64,000 nucleotides of DNA, from sequence record PQ015379.1; one strand, written 5' to 3'. This document shows positions 28,245 through 37,872 of this stretch, piece by piece. The position numbers were made by a program, and so were the translations under genes. A model generated the notes under the pieces. That model saw nothing but the letters and a program-made list of their open reading frames with translations. It ran no database searches and was not told where the DNA came from. Within the stretch, counting starts at the first letter, position 1. Every line of letters starts with the position of its first letter.

Positions 28245-29311
28245 AGCCGTTCGATTACATCGGTCTGTTAGGGCAGGACCAGAAAAAACTCGACCCCGTG
28301 GCAAAAGCAGCGTGGGACCAATTGCGCGATGCGATGGTGTTTGGTGCGTATCAGTGGGTGCCCCCGGTCGGCTGCGAAACCAAGCGCAAGCTTTTCCGTT
28401 GGCAGCAAATCGTAACGGGCTTCGGTGGCCAGCGTGTGCTGCTGGATAATCTGCCGAAAGGTTTGGGCAAAACCGGTTATGAAATGAAAGAGCATCAGCG
28501 CGACACGCTGTGGCAGACCGCCGAGAAAATGGCGCTGCATGGTTACATGGGTTATCCGCGCCCTACACTGGGGCTGGATGAACTTGCGGCCCGTATCCGT
28601 GGCAAAACCCCGCGTTACCGCACCATCAGCACCCCGATTCAGGGCGCAGGTTCGGAACTGCTGGAAAAGATCAAACGGCGCAATTGGGAGCAGGCGTACA
28701 ACCCGTATGAAGACCTGACGCCGACCGGGCGAATTAAACCGGAATTCCAACCGGTCATGCCGATTCTTTCCGGTGGTTTGCGCCGTGGTCAACTGGCGCT
28801 GGAATCGTTCTACATGGACCGCCTGCCAATTGATCCGCTGATCCGTTTCAAGCACAGGCCGTTTGGTGGTCACGTAGAAGCCGTGTTCGATTTTGAAGCC
28901 GACATGAATCTGGAAGAATCGTTCACCAAATTGTACGAACACATCAAGTCGCGCCCCATGAAAGAAGATGCGTTTTTCTTCGACAGCCTTTCGCAGTTCA
29001 AAGTGCTGGACGAAGCAAACCTGTACCGGGGTCCGAAAGGCGAGTGGGTTTCCTATACCTACGATCCAGACGATTGGCTGTCGAAGCTGTACGCAGCCGA
29101 GCGCGAAAAGAAATTCGACCACAAGGCGGCGGTTAGTCGTGTGCTGAAACGCAACAAATTCCACGACAAGAAAGGCACGGCCCGTCGTCTGGAATTTATC
29201 GGCGCCGGTTACGAAGAGCACAAAAAGGCGCTGAAGGCCCCGAAATCCGAATGGGGACCGGCTGACTTGAAACAGATTTCCGGGCGCGTCAAACGCGTGA
29301 ACCCACAATGA
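28241..29311 (+). CDS. hypothetical protein
   Basis: AAGGAGG SD before GTG 28241. Confidence 0.8.
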   Translation: MKPFDYIGLLGQDQKKLDPVAKAAWDQLRDAMVFGAYQWVPPVGCETKRKLFRWQQIVTGFGGQRVLLDNLPKGLGKTGYEMKEHQRDTLWQTAEKMALHGYMGYPRPTLGLDELAARIRGKTPRYRTISTPIQGAGSELLEKIKRRNWEQAYNPYEDLTPTGRIKPEFQPVMPILSGGLRRGQLALESFYMDRLPIDPLIRFKHRPFGGHVEAVFDFEADMNLEESFTKLYEHIKSRPMKEDAFFFDSLSQFKVLDEANLYRGPKGEWVSYTYDPDDWLSKLYAAEREKKFDHKAAVSRVLKRNKFHDKKGTARRLEFIGAGYEEHKKALKAPKSEWGPADLKQISGRVKRVNPQ

Positions 29312-29685
29312 ATTTGGTGGCGGTTGTTCACTGGGTAAAACGCCTGTCGGTCAAAGCCCGAACGCATGCAGAAGAGCGCCGGGAAAAGATCCGCAGTGGT
29401 GCACCACGGGGCACGCGGGAAACCGACAAAGTGCTGCGTGGTTGCGTGGATTGTGGCACCTCGGTTCACGCCATGGTTTTCATGGTCGAGGACGCCGTAT
29501 GGTTAGGCGCCGGGCTGAACAAAAAGCAATTCTGTTGTGAGGATTGCTTGTCGGCGCGTTTGCAGCGTCCGCTAACAATAAACGATTACACAAAATCGAT
29601 CATCAACCTGAGTTTGCTGCGTGGCTATGAAATGGGGCTGCGCGCAAAATCGCAAGAGGCGAAGCAACATGGATCAACTGACTGA
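29308..29685 (+). CDS. putative Zn-finger phage protein
   Basis: CVDCG..FMVEDAVW..AG..CCEDCLSARLQRPLT. Confidence 0.65.
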   Translation: MNLVAVVHWVKRLSVKARTHAEERREKIRSGAPRGTRETDKVLRGCVDCGTSVHAMVFMVEDAVWLGAGLNKKQFCCEDCLSARLQRPLTINDYTKSIINLSLLRGYEMGLRAKSQEAKQHGSTD

Positions 29686-29968
29686 TCGCGAAATCATGAT
29701 GGCGAAAACGCTGCACGAAATCCTGAAGATTCATATCGGGGTTTATCCGCTGGCGTGTAACGATGTGCCACGCACCGAACGGCAAACCGGTTGGAACGAA
29801 GCGCGCAAGGAATACGCTCGGCGCATCAACAAAATCGTGGCCGATGCCGATCCGTCGATCAGCATTGCAATTGAAATCATCGACTCGCTGGACCCGCTGC
29901 CATTCGATCAGGTGCAGGTAAAAGTTCTTAATACGGAGAAAGAAATCGATGTTAGCGCAGACGACTGA
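29669..29968 (+). CDS. hypothetical protein
   Basis: GAGG SD before ATG 29669. Confidence 0.65.
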   Translation: MDQLTDREIMMAKTLHEILKIHIGVYPLACNDVPRTERQTGWNEARKEYARRINKIVADADPSISIAIEIIDSLDPLPFDQVQVKVLNTEKEIDVSADD

Positions 29969-30383
29969 ACGCGGTTTTCCACGTCTCGATTTCGTGGATC
30001 GTTACGGGCACATGTGCTCGCTGCAAGAATCCAGTTTGGCCACCGAAGCTGCTATTTGGTTCGGCCCGAATGAGGCCGAACCTGAACACATGGTGCACGG
30101 CAAAGGCTGGGTGCCCTACGTCTACCCGGAAGGCATCGAAGTTTTGCACCACACGCGGGCGCACATCACGCAGCGGCAGATGAAAGAAATCCTGCCGATT
30201 CTGGAACACTTCACTAAATTCGGTGAAATGCCGGAAATCGAACAGGGCATGTTTTTGACCCAACGCAATCGCTGGCGCCTCGCCGCCTACGAAATGCGCG
30301 GCTGGCGTTATGTCGGTTGGGCAGCGCTCGGTTTTCTGATGGGCATCGCACACAGCGGTCTGCAATCGATAGGGGCAATTTGA
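29949..30383 (+). CDS. hypothetical phage protein with C-terminal TM segment
   Basis: RGF..F.DRYG..CSLQESSLATEAAIWFG; GGAG SD. Confidence 0.75.
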   Translation: MLAQTTERGFPRLDFVDRYGHMCSLQESSLATEAAIWFGPNEAEPEHMVHGKGWVPYVYPEGIEVLHHTRAHITQRQMKEILPILEHFTKFGEMPEIEQGMFLTQRNRWRLAAYEMRGWRYVGWAALGFLMGIAHSGLQSIGAI

Positions 30384-30384
30384 A

Positions 30385-30636
30385 ATGAGTTACACCGAAC
30401 GCCAGAAAGATTTGGCAAAAACCGTGATGGCCAACGTGGTGCCCATTGCGATCATGATGTTTTTGCTGATGGTGGGTGGTGTGTGTTTTGCGAAGGCTGG
30501 CGATTTTGCGGCAGACCTGACACAGCGCCGGTTATTGCTGCTGGTTCATTTCCTGATCGTCATTATTCAGGCCGTCATGGTGTGGCTGTTGTTCTGGTCG
30601 CGCAAGGTGGTGCGTAGTGAACAAGGAAAACTGTAA
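30385..30636 (+). CDS. small membrane protein (2 TM)
   Basis: two long hydrophobic segments. Confidence 0.7.
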   Translation: MSYTERQKDLAKTVMANVVPIAIMMFLLMVGGVCFAKAGDFAADLTQRRLLLLVHFLIVIIQAVMVWLLFWSRKVVRSEQGKL

Positions 30637-30808
30637 ATACGTGGCGAGGCTGGTAGACGGCACGTACATTTACTCAATCGAAGAGAACACCGTTTTAATA
30701 TGCAAAAGCAGATTACGCGCCCGGCAATTCACCCTGAGCGAAAGCCAGTTGCTAAGGCGTCTACTCCAAGTAACCATGATCCCCGCCGATTGGGAGCGCC
30801 AATTCTGA
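30617..30808 (+). CDS. possible small hypothetical protein
   Basis: 63-aa ORF filling the gap; GTG start. Confidence 0.4.
   Translation: MNKENCKYVARLVDGTYIYSIEENTVLICKSRLRARQFTLSESQLLRRLLQVTMIPADWERQF
30630..30639 (+). promoter_or_regulatory. ACTGTAAA(Y)A motif copy
   Basis: ACTGTAAATA; overlaps the stop of 30385..30636. Confidence 0.4.
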
Positions 30809-30872
30809 AACCGGGCCAAGGCTCGGAAATGGATCGGTTGTTCGGCATGTGGGACAAACTCTAGGAAAAGTT

Positions 30873-31577
30873 ATGGAAGATTCTACGATTCTGTCGGTCG
30901 AGGTTGGATCGAAGTTGCATCGGGAATTCGCGGAATACTGCGAGCGCACAGGCCAGACCATGGATCAGGCGGTCGCGGAAATCCTGCGTGACAAACTCAA
31001 CCAAGATACGGACACCAGCGAACGCGACCCGGTGGACCCGCGCAGCCTGCCGTGGCAAACACTGATCCCCTTCGCACGGAAAATCAACAAGGGCCAAAAG
31101 TTCACGGTTTACGACCTGATCATTCGTGTGCATTCGCACATCGGCCTGACTACGGTGAAAGTTCCGGGCGCTTGGCATTCGGCGTTCGCGATGTGGGTTC
31201 GTCGTCACAGCGAATTTAAAATTGAACGGATTCCGGAGGGCAATGCTTACGTGCGCGTCTCTGACAAATACGCACCCGTGCCAGAAGCAAAACCGCGTAC
31301 GACCCCGCTGCCGGGCGTGCGCTACACGCAAAAAGAACTGCAAAGCCAGCTGCGAATTTTGGCCTTGCATCAGCCACTGAACGAGCCATTCACGTACAGC
31401 AGTTTGCTGCACGAAATTCCAAAAGAAAAACGCCCACATTACACGGGGTACAGCACGCTGCCGCAGCTGAAGTTGTGGGCAAATGATAGTCGGCTGTTCA
31501 AGGTTGATACCGACCCGCGCAGTCGTAACATCGTCACTTTTATTCGCATCGCTGATGCAGTGGGGGAAATCACATGA
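30873..31577 (+). CDS. ribbon-helix-helix (CopG/Arc-like) protein with two C-terminal repeats
   Basis: ILSVEVGSKLHREFAEYCERTGQTMDQAVAEILRDKL. Confidence 0.65.
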   Translation: MEDSTILSVEVGSKLHREFAEYCERTGQTMDQAVAEILRDKLNQDTDTSERDPVDPRSLPWQTLIPFARKINKGQKFTVYDLIIRVHSHIGLTTVKVPGAWHSAFAMWVRRHSEFKIERIPEGNAYVRVSDKYAPVPEAKPRTTPLPGVRYTQKELQSQLRILALHQPLNEPFTYSSLLHEIPKEKRPHYTGYSTLPQLKLWANDSRLFKVDTDPRSRNIVTFIRIADAVGEIT

Positions 31578-31605
31578 ACCGTTCTTTACGCCCGGAGAAA
31601 CAACC

Positions 31606-31836
31606 ATGGGCCTTCTCGTTTATGCTTCGCGGTCCGAAGCCGCGTTCGCTGGTGTTCGCGCCACCGATATCCACCGATACGGCGATTTCTTTGTTGCAGC
31701 GGTTCCACGCCGCCTATCCGGAGATTTCGACATTATCGCAACGGTTGACGACGGAAGTTTCACCATCGAACTGAACAAAGTCATGATCAGCTATGACGAC
31801 ATGGCCGATCTTCTCGAAAACGCAACACACCACTGA
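31606..31836 (+). CDS. hypothetical protein
   Basis: GGAG SD before ATG 31606. Confidence 0.6.
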   Translation: MGLLVYASRSEAAFAGVRATDIHRYGDFFVAAVPRRLSGDFDIIATVDDGSFTIELNKVMISYDDMADLLENATHH

Positions 31837-31841
31837 GGCAA

Positions 31842-31850
31842 ACTGTAAAT
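31842..31850 (+). promoter_or_regulatory. ACTGTAAA(Y) motif copy
   Basis: intergenic; abuts ATG 31849. Confidence 0.4.
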
Positions 31851-32202
31851 GAAATTCGTAGTAGTTAACATCGACGGCACCGAAGTTCCTATGATGTTCG
31901 GCAACGAAGTTGATCTGGACAAAATCCAGATTCCGTATCCGATTGTGAGCGCTGGCGTGGCCGTGGTTCAGGAAATGTTCCTGACCTGCCAACTGACGCA
32001 AACCATCGGTGGCGTCGAGTACCAAAGCCGTGGCCCGAAAGACGAAATGCTGCTGCGTATGAACGACCACATCGGCCAAGGCAACCCGGAGCTTTCCGTC
32101 ACTGCCGAAACCGTTGCGAGCTTCAGCGAAAACTGGGATCAGCTGCGCGGGCAGCCGGCTGTGGTGGAAGCTGCTGAACAGGAATCCAAAAAAGAGGAAT
32201 AA
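31849..32202 (+). CDS. hypothetical protein, paralog of 40795..41112
   Basis: MKFVVV..EVPMMF..VSAG..SRGPKD. Confidence 0.75.
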   Translation: MKFVVVNIDGTEVPMMFGNEVDLDKIQIPYPIVSAGVAVVQEMFLTCQLTQTIGGVEYQSRGPKDEMLLRMNDHIGQGNPELSVTAETVASFSENWDQLRGQPAVVEAAEQESKKEE

Positions 32203-32205
32203 ACG

Positions 32206-32583
32206 ATGCTGACGCGCAAGCAGCAACAGCAACGTAAGCAGCGTGAACAACAGGAAAAAGCGGCCAAGGCAAAGCTTGCAAAGCAGCTTGGTCGCAACCC
32301 TGATGGAACGTTGCCGAAATCTGTAAAGAAAAAGGACGATGGATCGTCCCTTAAACTCGACTACCGCACGTCCGACGTGAAGCATGTTCCAAGTGCAGAA
32401 GGTCGTGTGGTGGAAGAGGAAGGGGTTTTCCTCGAAGAGGGGCACGACTGGGCAGCGCGTGAACAGGCTGCACAGGAAGAAATCGAGCACAAGAAAAAAC
32501 GGACCGCACCTTTGTGGAATAAGGGTGGTTATATGTATATTTCGGACGAAGAAGATCCAACAACACTGGGTCGCAAAGTCTAG
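32206..32583 (+). CDS. hypothetical phage protein
   Basis: GAGG SD; C-terminal APLWNKGGYMYI..D..TLGRK motif. Confidence 0.75.
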   Translation: MLTRKQQQQRKQREQQEKAAKAKLAKQLGRNPDGTLPKSVKKKDDGSSLKLDYRTSDVKHVPSAEGRVVEEEGVFLEEGHDWAAREQAAQEEIEHKKKRTAPLWNKGGYMYISDEEDPTTLGRKV

Positions 32584-32601
32584 GGTACAAGGAAAATCCT
32601 G

Positions 32602-33183
32602 ATGGCTAAGTCGAAATCCGCAATCGCCGAAGCAATGGTGCGTAAGCGGAACGCCATGTGGAATACCCTCATGGTACTGAAGCGTTTGGTCGAGGGCGCG
32701 GCCCCTGATCGTGATCACAACGTTGTCGATTTCGTCAACGGAATGCGTAAGAAAATTCTGGTGCTGGATCATAACTGGCTGCCCAAGAAATTGTTTCATG
32801 AGCAGCCGCCGAATTTGTTTTGGGTCGAGGGGGATTCGAAACATGTTCTGTACAATTATATTCCGCGTGGCGGGCGGAACGTTTATCAGGTGGCGTACAC
32901 AAACGTTCTGGTAAACGCGAGCCGCGCCATGATGTACCTGAACTGGGCAAAGGCCGAAGACGTGTGGGCCTTGGCCTGTTGCAAATTCGTCTGTGAAAAG
33001 ACGCAGATTTTCGAAACGGATTTGGTGTGGACTGTTGACCCAGTGTTGCGGGAATGGCACCGGGACCGCATCGAGTTTTTCGCCCCCAAATACACGCAAC
33101 AACCGAAGGAACAACAATGCAACCGCATGACGCAGCAGCAGACCAACGTGGAACAACCGGAACAGCAGGGGAAATCGACATGA
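32602..33183 (+). CDS. hypothetical protein
   Basis: 193 aa, AAGGA SD. Confidence 0.7.
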   Translation: MAKSKSAIAEAMVRKRNAMWNTLMVLKRLVEGAAPDRDHNVVDFVNGMRKKILVLDHNWLPKKLFHEQPPNLFWVEGDSKHVLYNYIPRGGRNVYQVAYTNVLVNASRAMMYLNWAKAEDVWALACCKFVCEKTQIFETDLVWTVDPVLREWHRDRIEFFAPKYTQQPKEQQCNRMTQQQTNVEQPEQQGKST

Positions 33184-33812
33184 ATCAGGTCAACGAAGAA
33201 CTGAACAAAGCCGAAGACACACGCGGCCCGAAAATCGACCTCGAAGCGCGCTTGGCAGCAGAAGACGACGCATCGGAGAACGTCCGGGCACGTACGCCGG
33301 AAGAACTCGACGAACAGCTAGCGGCCATTCTGCTGCGTGATCGTCAAGGTGCCGCCGTATTCCAGCAAAAGCAACGCAAAGCGCGTTGGATTTTGCGTAT
33401 CTGGCTTTTCGTTTCGACCGTTGGTTTGTTCGCGCTGCTGGGGGCCGTTGGTTGGACCTATCGCGATCATGTGGTGCAGGACTGGGACCGTTACGCATCG
33501 CCGGTTTCGAACTGCATTTTCAAAGTGGGCGACCGTACCGTACGTTCCACGCGTGAAGTTTCCTATCGCTATTACACCGTGTTCGGCTGGCGCTTCTACG
33601 ACACCAAAACCGTCGAGGAAAAGAACTGGGTTGAATTGCCGAATTCGGCGTCGTCGGTGTTGGCACACCTGCCGGATGGTTCGTACAGGAAAATCACGAC
33701 CAGCGATGCGGAAAACGGGCGCTACCCGCTGCCGATTGCTGACACCTATTCGTTCTTCATGGACAACGGCAAAAATCTGGCTGTCGTTTCGTACAAGGAA
33801 ATGTGCAAATGA
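33180..33812 (+). CDS. single-pass membrane protein
   Basis: TM segment WILRIWLFVSTVGLFALLGAVGW; ATG 33180. Confidence 0.75.
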   Translation: MNQVNEELNKAEDTRGPKIDLEARLAAEDDASENVRARTPEELDEQLAAILLRDRQGAAVFQQKQRKARWILRIWLFVSTVGLFALLGAVGWTYRDHVVQDWDRYASPVSNCIFKVGDRTVRSTREVSYRYYTVFGWRFYDTKTVEEKNWVELPNSASSVLAHLPDGSYRKITTSDAENGRYPLPIADTYSFFMDNGKNLAVVSYKEMCK

Positions 33813-34429
33813 CGGAATCCGTAGAACAAGGGTTCAACACAGGGCTTGAGGGTTTGGAAGGCTTCACCCAAGACGAATTCGAGGACGTGGCAAAGCACGC
33901 GGAAAAACTCGGGTTTACCATCGAGCGTGGCGATACGGTCGTGGGGCTGAAAAGTCTGTCCAAGTCCAAAAAACCCAAGCCGATAATCCATGCCATGTAT
34001 TGCCACGGAACTCTCGAAATTTTCAGAAATCCTGAAGGTGTAGGCATCACGCGTTCGATTATTCTTGCAGGTGTGGTAGACCGCGAGTTCTTGAAAGAAT
34101 CGGTGAAGGATGTTTGTGAATCCGTAACTGAAGCCAAAACCGAAGCGGATGAACTCCTTAAAGCGTTCAACGTTGTGCGGCGTGAAGTGCTGGAACATAT
34201 CAACGCAGGCACCTCTAATTTCACAATTGAAATAGTGGAAGAACTGCCTGACTATGCTGGCTACTGGCACAACGAAACCGAGTTGTTTTACTTAGGGGTT
34301 TCCAGTAGCGACCGCTATTACCTGTCCAGCGTCGGAGGCAAGGCCGGTCGGACATATGACTCGGTGCCCAAGCTCAAAGCAGCAGCCAAACGCATCGCAA
34401 ACAAATTCCTGAAGGATCTGAAGAAATGA
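33809..34429 (+). CDS. hypothetical protein
   Basis: AAGGA SD; ATGA overlap. Confidence 0.7.
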   Translation: MTESVEQGFNTGLEGLEGFTQDEFEDVAKHAEKLGFTIERGDTVVGLKSLSKSKKPKPIIHAMYCHGTLEIFRNPEGVGITRSIILAGVVDREFLKESVKDVCESVTEAKTEADELLKAFNVVRREVLEHINAGTSNFTIEIVEELPDYAGYWHNETELFYLGVSSSDRYYLSSVGGKAGRTYDSVPKLKAAAKRIANKFLKDLKK

Positions 34430-35256
34430 GCCGATACACCCCAATTCGCAATTCCGCTCTTACCGAATGCCTGAAGCGTCACAAGTTCGTCAAGCAGGAC
34501 GATTTGAACGGAGACGAACGCACCCTGTGGGAACACAAGGACGACATGAATCTGACGGTCGCTATCTACGGCGATTCCGTAGGGGTTGAGATTTACGGGT
34601 TCGTCGATGTGCAGCGCCCTGACGGCGACAAAAAGAAAATCGCGGAAGACGCGGTGGTCGAAATCGACCGGCAGGTGGGCCTGTTCAACAAACGTCTGGA
34701 ACAATTCCACGCACTACAGGCCGAGATTCTGGCATGGTGCAAATCGGTCGGTGTGGTCGGCAAATTCGTGCAGAACAAAATCGACCCGGAGAATTTCGAA
34801 TTCCGTATCAAAGCTTTCAAGGACGACGCGCTGTTTGTGCTGGCGTTCCGGGGCCAAGATCCGTTTGTTCTCGAAATCGACTACAACGAACATCAGGTCG
34901 ATACGCTCGACAGCGTGACCCCGTACCTGCTGGGCTATGAATTCAGCGATTGGCCGGGCGAACTGGCGAAATTCGTGGTCAAAGGCAAATCGATTTTCAC
35001 GTGGGGCAACGTTGGCGATCTGCGCCCGTTCTTCTACCGCTACGGCGGCATGACCAGCATCAAAGAGCACGAAGCGACCGTAACCCGCGTTACGGAAGAC
35101 CCGGTGCTGGCGCAGCTGATGGAAGGGCAGGCAAGCGATACCCAAACCTATTGGGAACTGCGTTTCCGTTTCAAAGTTAACGCAAAAAACTTTGAACAGG
35201 TGCGCACTGGCCAAGTCCGGTTCTTCGACCTGACGGCGGAGGAAACCGCACAGTGA
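34426..35256 (+). CDS. hypothetical protein, ~280-aa paralog family
   Basis: KRLEQFHALQAEILAWCKSVGVV. Confidence 0.8.
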   Translation: MSRYTPIRNSALTECLKRHKFVKQDDLNGDERTLWEHKDDMNLTVAIYGDSVGVEIYGFVDVQRPDGDKKKIAEDAVVEIDRQVGLFNKRLEQFHALQAEILAWCKSVGVVGKFVQNKIDPENFEFRIKAFKDDALFVLAFRGQDPFVLEIDYNEHQVDTLDSVTPYLLGYEFSDWPGELAKFVVKGKSIFTWGNVGDLRPFFYRYGGMTSIKEHEATVTRVTEDPVLAQLMEGQASDTQTYWELRFRFKVNAKNFEQVRTGQVRFFDLTAEETAQ

Positions 35257-36101
35257 ATCACACCAAACGCAAACCGGAATCCATGTTTGATCCCGACGTA
35301 CGCCCCGAATTGGTCGCGCATTTGCACAGCCTTGGGTTCGTCGGTATTGTGCCGAATCTCTATCACGACCGCCTGCATGTTCTGATTGATGAAGACGGGG
35401 GCGTCATGGTGTTTCCTGATTGGGAAGACGGCAAAACTTTCGAGCCGAAAACACCTGATCAACAAATTCGTGTGTACATCATGGCCCGCATGACTTTGGT
35501 TCAGCAACGTCTGGCTGAATTCCACCTGCTGTGCGAAGGCGTGTTGCGGGGCATTCGGGATATCGGGGTCGTCGTGGATGGCTTCCGGCACAAAATCCCG
35601 AAGCCAAAAGAAAAGCGCAATAGCGTGCTGTTCCAACAGCGCCAGTGGAAAAGCCAATGGGCCTTGCGCGTGCGCATGAAAGCCCTCGACGGCTGGGAAC
35701 CGATTTACCTGTCGTCTGAATTTTTGGGCGAAATCAACATGGAACTGTGCGACGTGGTGCACACAGAAATCCAGTCGGTTGAGCACGCGATGAACATCAT
35801 CACGAATCAGGATCGTGACGATTGCGACGACGAAATGCTGCGCGATATTCAGTTCAACAGCAATTTCATTTTCACCCGAGATAACCCGCAAGAATTCACG
35901 CAGTTTTTCTTCAAGTACGGGCTGATTAGCTGCGAGGAACGTGTGGTGCAAGCCACACTGGTTAGCCCCGATACGATTGCGAATGAACTTTACGACAACC
36001 AGCGCAAAACGCTGACCTACCACGCCATCAAACTGCGCCGCGCCATCGACAAAGCCGACCGCGAAATGATTCAGGAATTGAAAGGACGTACCGAGCAATG
36101 A
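35253..36101 (+). CDS. hypothetical protein, ~280-aa paralog family
   Basis: [23 protein letters not shown]; GGAGG SD. Confidence 0.8.
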   Translation: MNHTKRKPESMFDPDVRPELVAHLHSLGFVGIVPNLYHDRLHVLIDEDGGVMVFPDWEDGKTFEPKTPDQQIRVYIMARMTLVQQRLAEFHLLCEGVLRGIRDIGVVVDGFRHKIPKPKEKRNSVLFQQRQWKSQWALRVRMKALDGWEPIYLSSEFLGEINMELCDVVHTEIQSVEHAMNIITNQDRDDCDDEMLRDIQFNSNFIFTRDNPQEFTQFFFKYGLISCEERVVQATLVSPDTIANELYDNQRKTLTYHAIKLRRAIDKADREMIQELKGRTEQ

Positions 36102-36715
36102 AAAAGACTTACAGCAGCCGCACCGCCGACAAATTCGTAGTTCGTCTGCCGGACGGCATGCGCCTTGATATTCAGGGCATCGCAGTTGACCAACACCGCT
36201 CGATGAATAGCCAGATTATCAACTGGCTGGAAGTGTGCGTCGAACTGGAAACGCAGGGCATTCCGGTTTCGCTGTCGTCCGTGACCGAACTGGTTTACGA
36301 AAAACATCGCATCGCACAACTGGAAGCCATGCTGGAAAAACTGCTGAAGTACGGGCAGTGGTTCGGTTCCGCCATCGAAATCGACGTGCACCAAAAAGAC
36401 GAAGCCGGGAAATTCCTCGACGGCGAAGAGTTGGAACGCGAAATTCGCGCACTGCTGGCCAGCAAACAACGGGGCACCGTGCTGGTCGAACAGGCACCCG
36501 TGGCCGTACAGGGCGAGCGTACGGAAACCAAACGCAAATATATTCCGCGTTCTGGTGATCCTGTGATCGTCAAGGAAACCGGGAAGCTTGGCATCGTCGA
36601 TTATGTCTACATCGCGAACAGCCATCCCGATCCGAAAGAATGGTTCGAAGCCCGCGTGAAACTGCACAACGGCGAGCCGGTTTACGTCAAAATCGAAGGA
36701 CTGATGGAGCCATAA
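36098..36715 (+). CDS. amrZ: AmrZ-like Arc-family (RHH) transcriptional regulator with C-terminal extension
   Basis: N-terminus [18 protein letters not shown]...HRSMNSQII is nearly identical to the Pseudomonas AmrZ DNA-binding domain ([18 protein letters not shown]...HRSMNSEII, recalled). Confidence 0.9.
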   Translation: MKKTYSSRTADKFVVRLPDGMRLDIQGIAVDQHRSMNSQIINWLEVCVELETQGIPVSLSSVTELVYEKHRIAQLEAMLEKLLKYGQWFGSAIEIDVHQKDEAGKFLDGEELEREIRALLASKQRGTVLVEQAPVAVQGERTETKRKYIPRSGDPVIVKETGKLGIVDYVYIANSHPDPKEWFEARVKLHNGEPVYVKIEGLMEP

Positions 36716-36717
36716 AA

Positions 36718-37659
36718 ATGCAATTCGAAAACGAAACTCAACTGATTTTCAAAGGCGAAGAGCGTCAAAGCCTGTGGGGCTACCAAAACCCCGATTTCGA
36801 CGGCACTGATTTGCAGGTCACACTTGACGCGCTGGTGATGCCTGAAAGCCTTGTACCGTTCCGTTACGCAGAAGGCAAAGATTCGTGGATGATGGACAAA
36901 GGTTCGTCGAGCGCCTGCATGACCTACGTGTTCAAACTGGGCGGCCCGTTCTCCCCGGAACGTCTCGACCAACAAATGCGAATCATCGGCGCGTTTACCC
37001 ACGCGTTGCCACACGACTGGTCGGAATACCACACGTCGCATCGCGTTTTCGAAGGCTCTGAAAAAGGTTCAATTCGCACCTTCGTTTACCGAGTACACCG
37101 CAACGTCAAGGATCAGTGCCAAGGGCACCCGGAAATGCTGTGCGGGGCGCCGCTGGGCATGCACCACTGCGATTGCTGTGGTGAAATGGTAATGGCAGGT
37201 CTGCCGCATCCGGGGATCGAGCATTATATGGAATTCCACGACGCCTGCGAGCAAGATGACCTGAAGCGGGAACGTGACGAATGGTTCCCGAAAGTTTGGG
37301 CCGGTGTTGAAAGCGAATATGTGGCCTACGGGAAACTCAAAGAAGGTTGGTATGACGACCTGCCGCCACCGTTGCCTGAATCGCTGAAACTCGCACGGGA
37401 ATTTTTCGAATACGTGCGCGAAAATCTCACGGTGTTTTCACGTGAGCGTGTGTTGCCGTCGCTGGATCACGAAGGCTACGTGGGCCTGCTGATGCCAAAC
37501 GACGAAACGATGCCAAGCTGGTGGTCGTGTTCGTTCTACCCGGACGAAACCGTCACGTACAGCCACGAAAAGGGCAAAGACGAACACGGCAAAGTCGTCA
37601 AAATTCCGCAAGGTCCGGACCACAACGCGCAGTTGCTGGCGCTGATTCACAAACTGTAA
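36718..37659 (+). CDS. hypothetical protein with internal Cys/His metal-binding motif
   Basis: CQGH..LCGAPLGMHHCDCCGEMVMAGLPHP. Confidence 0.8.
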   Translation: MQFENETQLIFKGEERQSLWGYQNPDFDGTDLQVTLDALVMPESLVPFRYAEGKDSWMMDKGSSSACMTYVFKLGGPFSPERLDQQMRIIGAFTHALPHDWSEYHTSHRVFEGSEKGSIRTFVYRVHRNVKDQCQGHPEMLCGAPLGMHHCDCCGEMVMAGLPHPGIEHYMEFHDACEQDDLKRERDEWFPKVWAGVESEYVAYGKLKEGWYDDLPPPLPESLKLAREFFEYVRENLTVFSRERVLPSLDHEGYVGLLMPNDETMPSWWSCSFYPDETVTYSHEKGKDEHGKVVKIPQGPDHNAQLLALIHKL

Positions 37660-37662
37660 ATA
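37653..37662 (+). promoter_or_regulatory. ACTGTAAA(Y)A motif copy
   Basis: ACTGTAAATA; head of the ygiB/ygiC-like unit. Confidence 0.45.
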
Positions 37663-37674
37663 CGAGGTGTAGTC

Positions 37675-37872
37675 ATGGCGTGGTATTGGTGGCTGATCAT
37701 TGGCTGGACCCTGTGGGCTTATGTCGGGTTCCGCCGTGTGTGGAATCGCCACGATTTTTTGTGGTGGTCCTTTCCAATTGTTTTCTTCGCCATGTACATC
37801 TGGCAGCCAACGGTTTTGTTGGTGGATTTCTCACTTTGGTTCGAAAAGAAATTTAAGAGGAAAAAGAATTGA
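37675..37872 (+). CDS. small Trp-rich membrane protein
   Basis: GAGGT SD; two hydrophobic segments. Confidence 0.7.
   Translation: MAWYWWLIIGWTLWAYVGFRRVWNRHDFLWWSFPIVFFAMYIWQPTVLLVDFSLWFEKKFKRKKN

Noticed and set aside
28760-28800. GGLRRGQL resembling the DnaB/RecA pre-Walker segment
   Set aside because: No Walker A or B follows; treated as chance or a small remnant.
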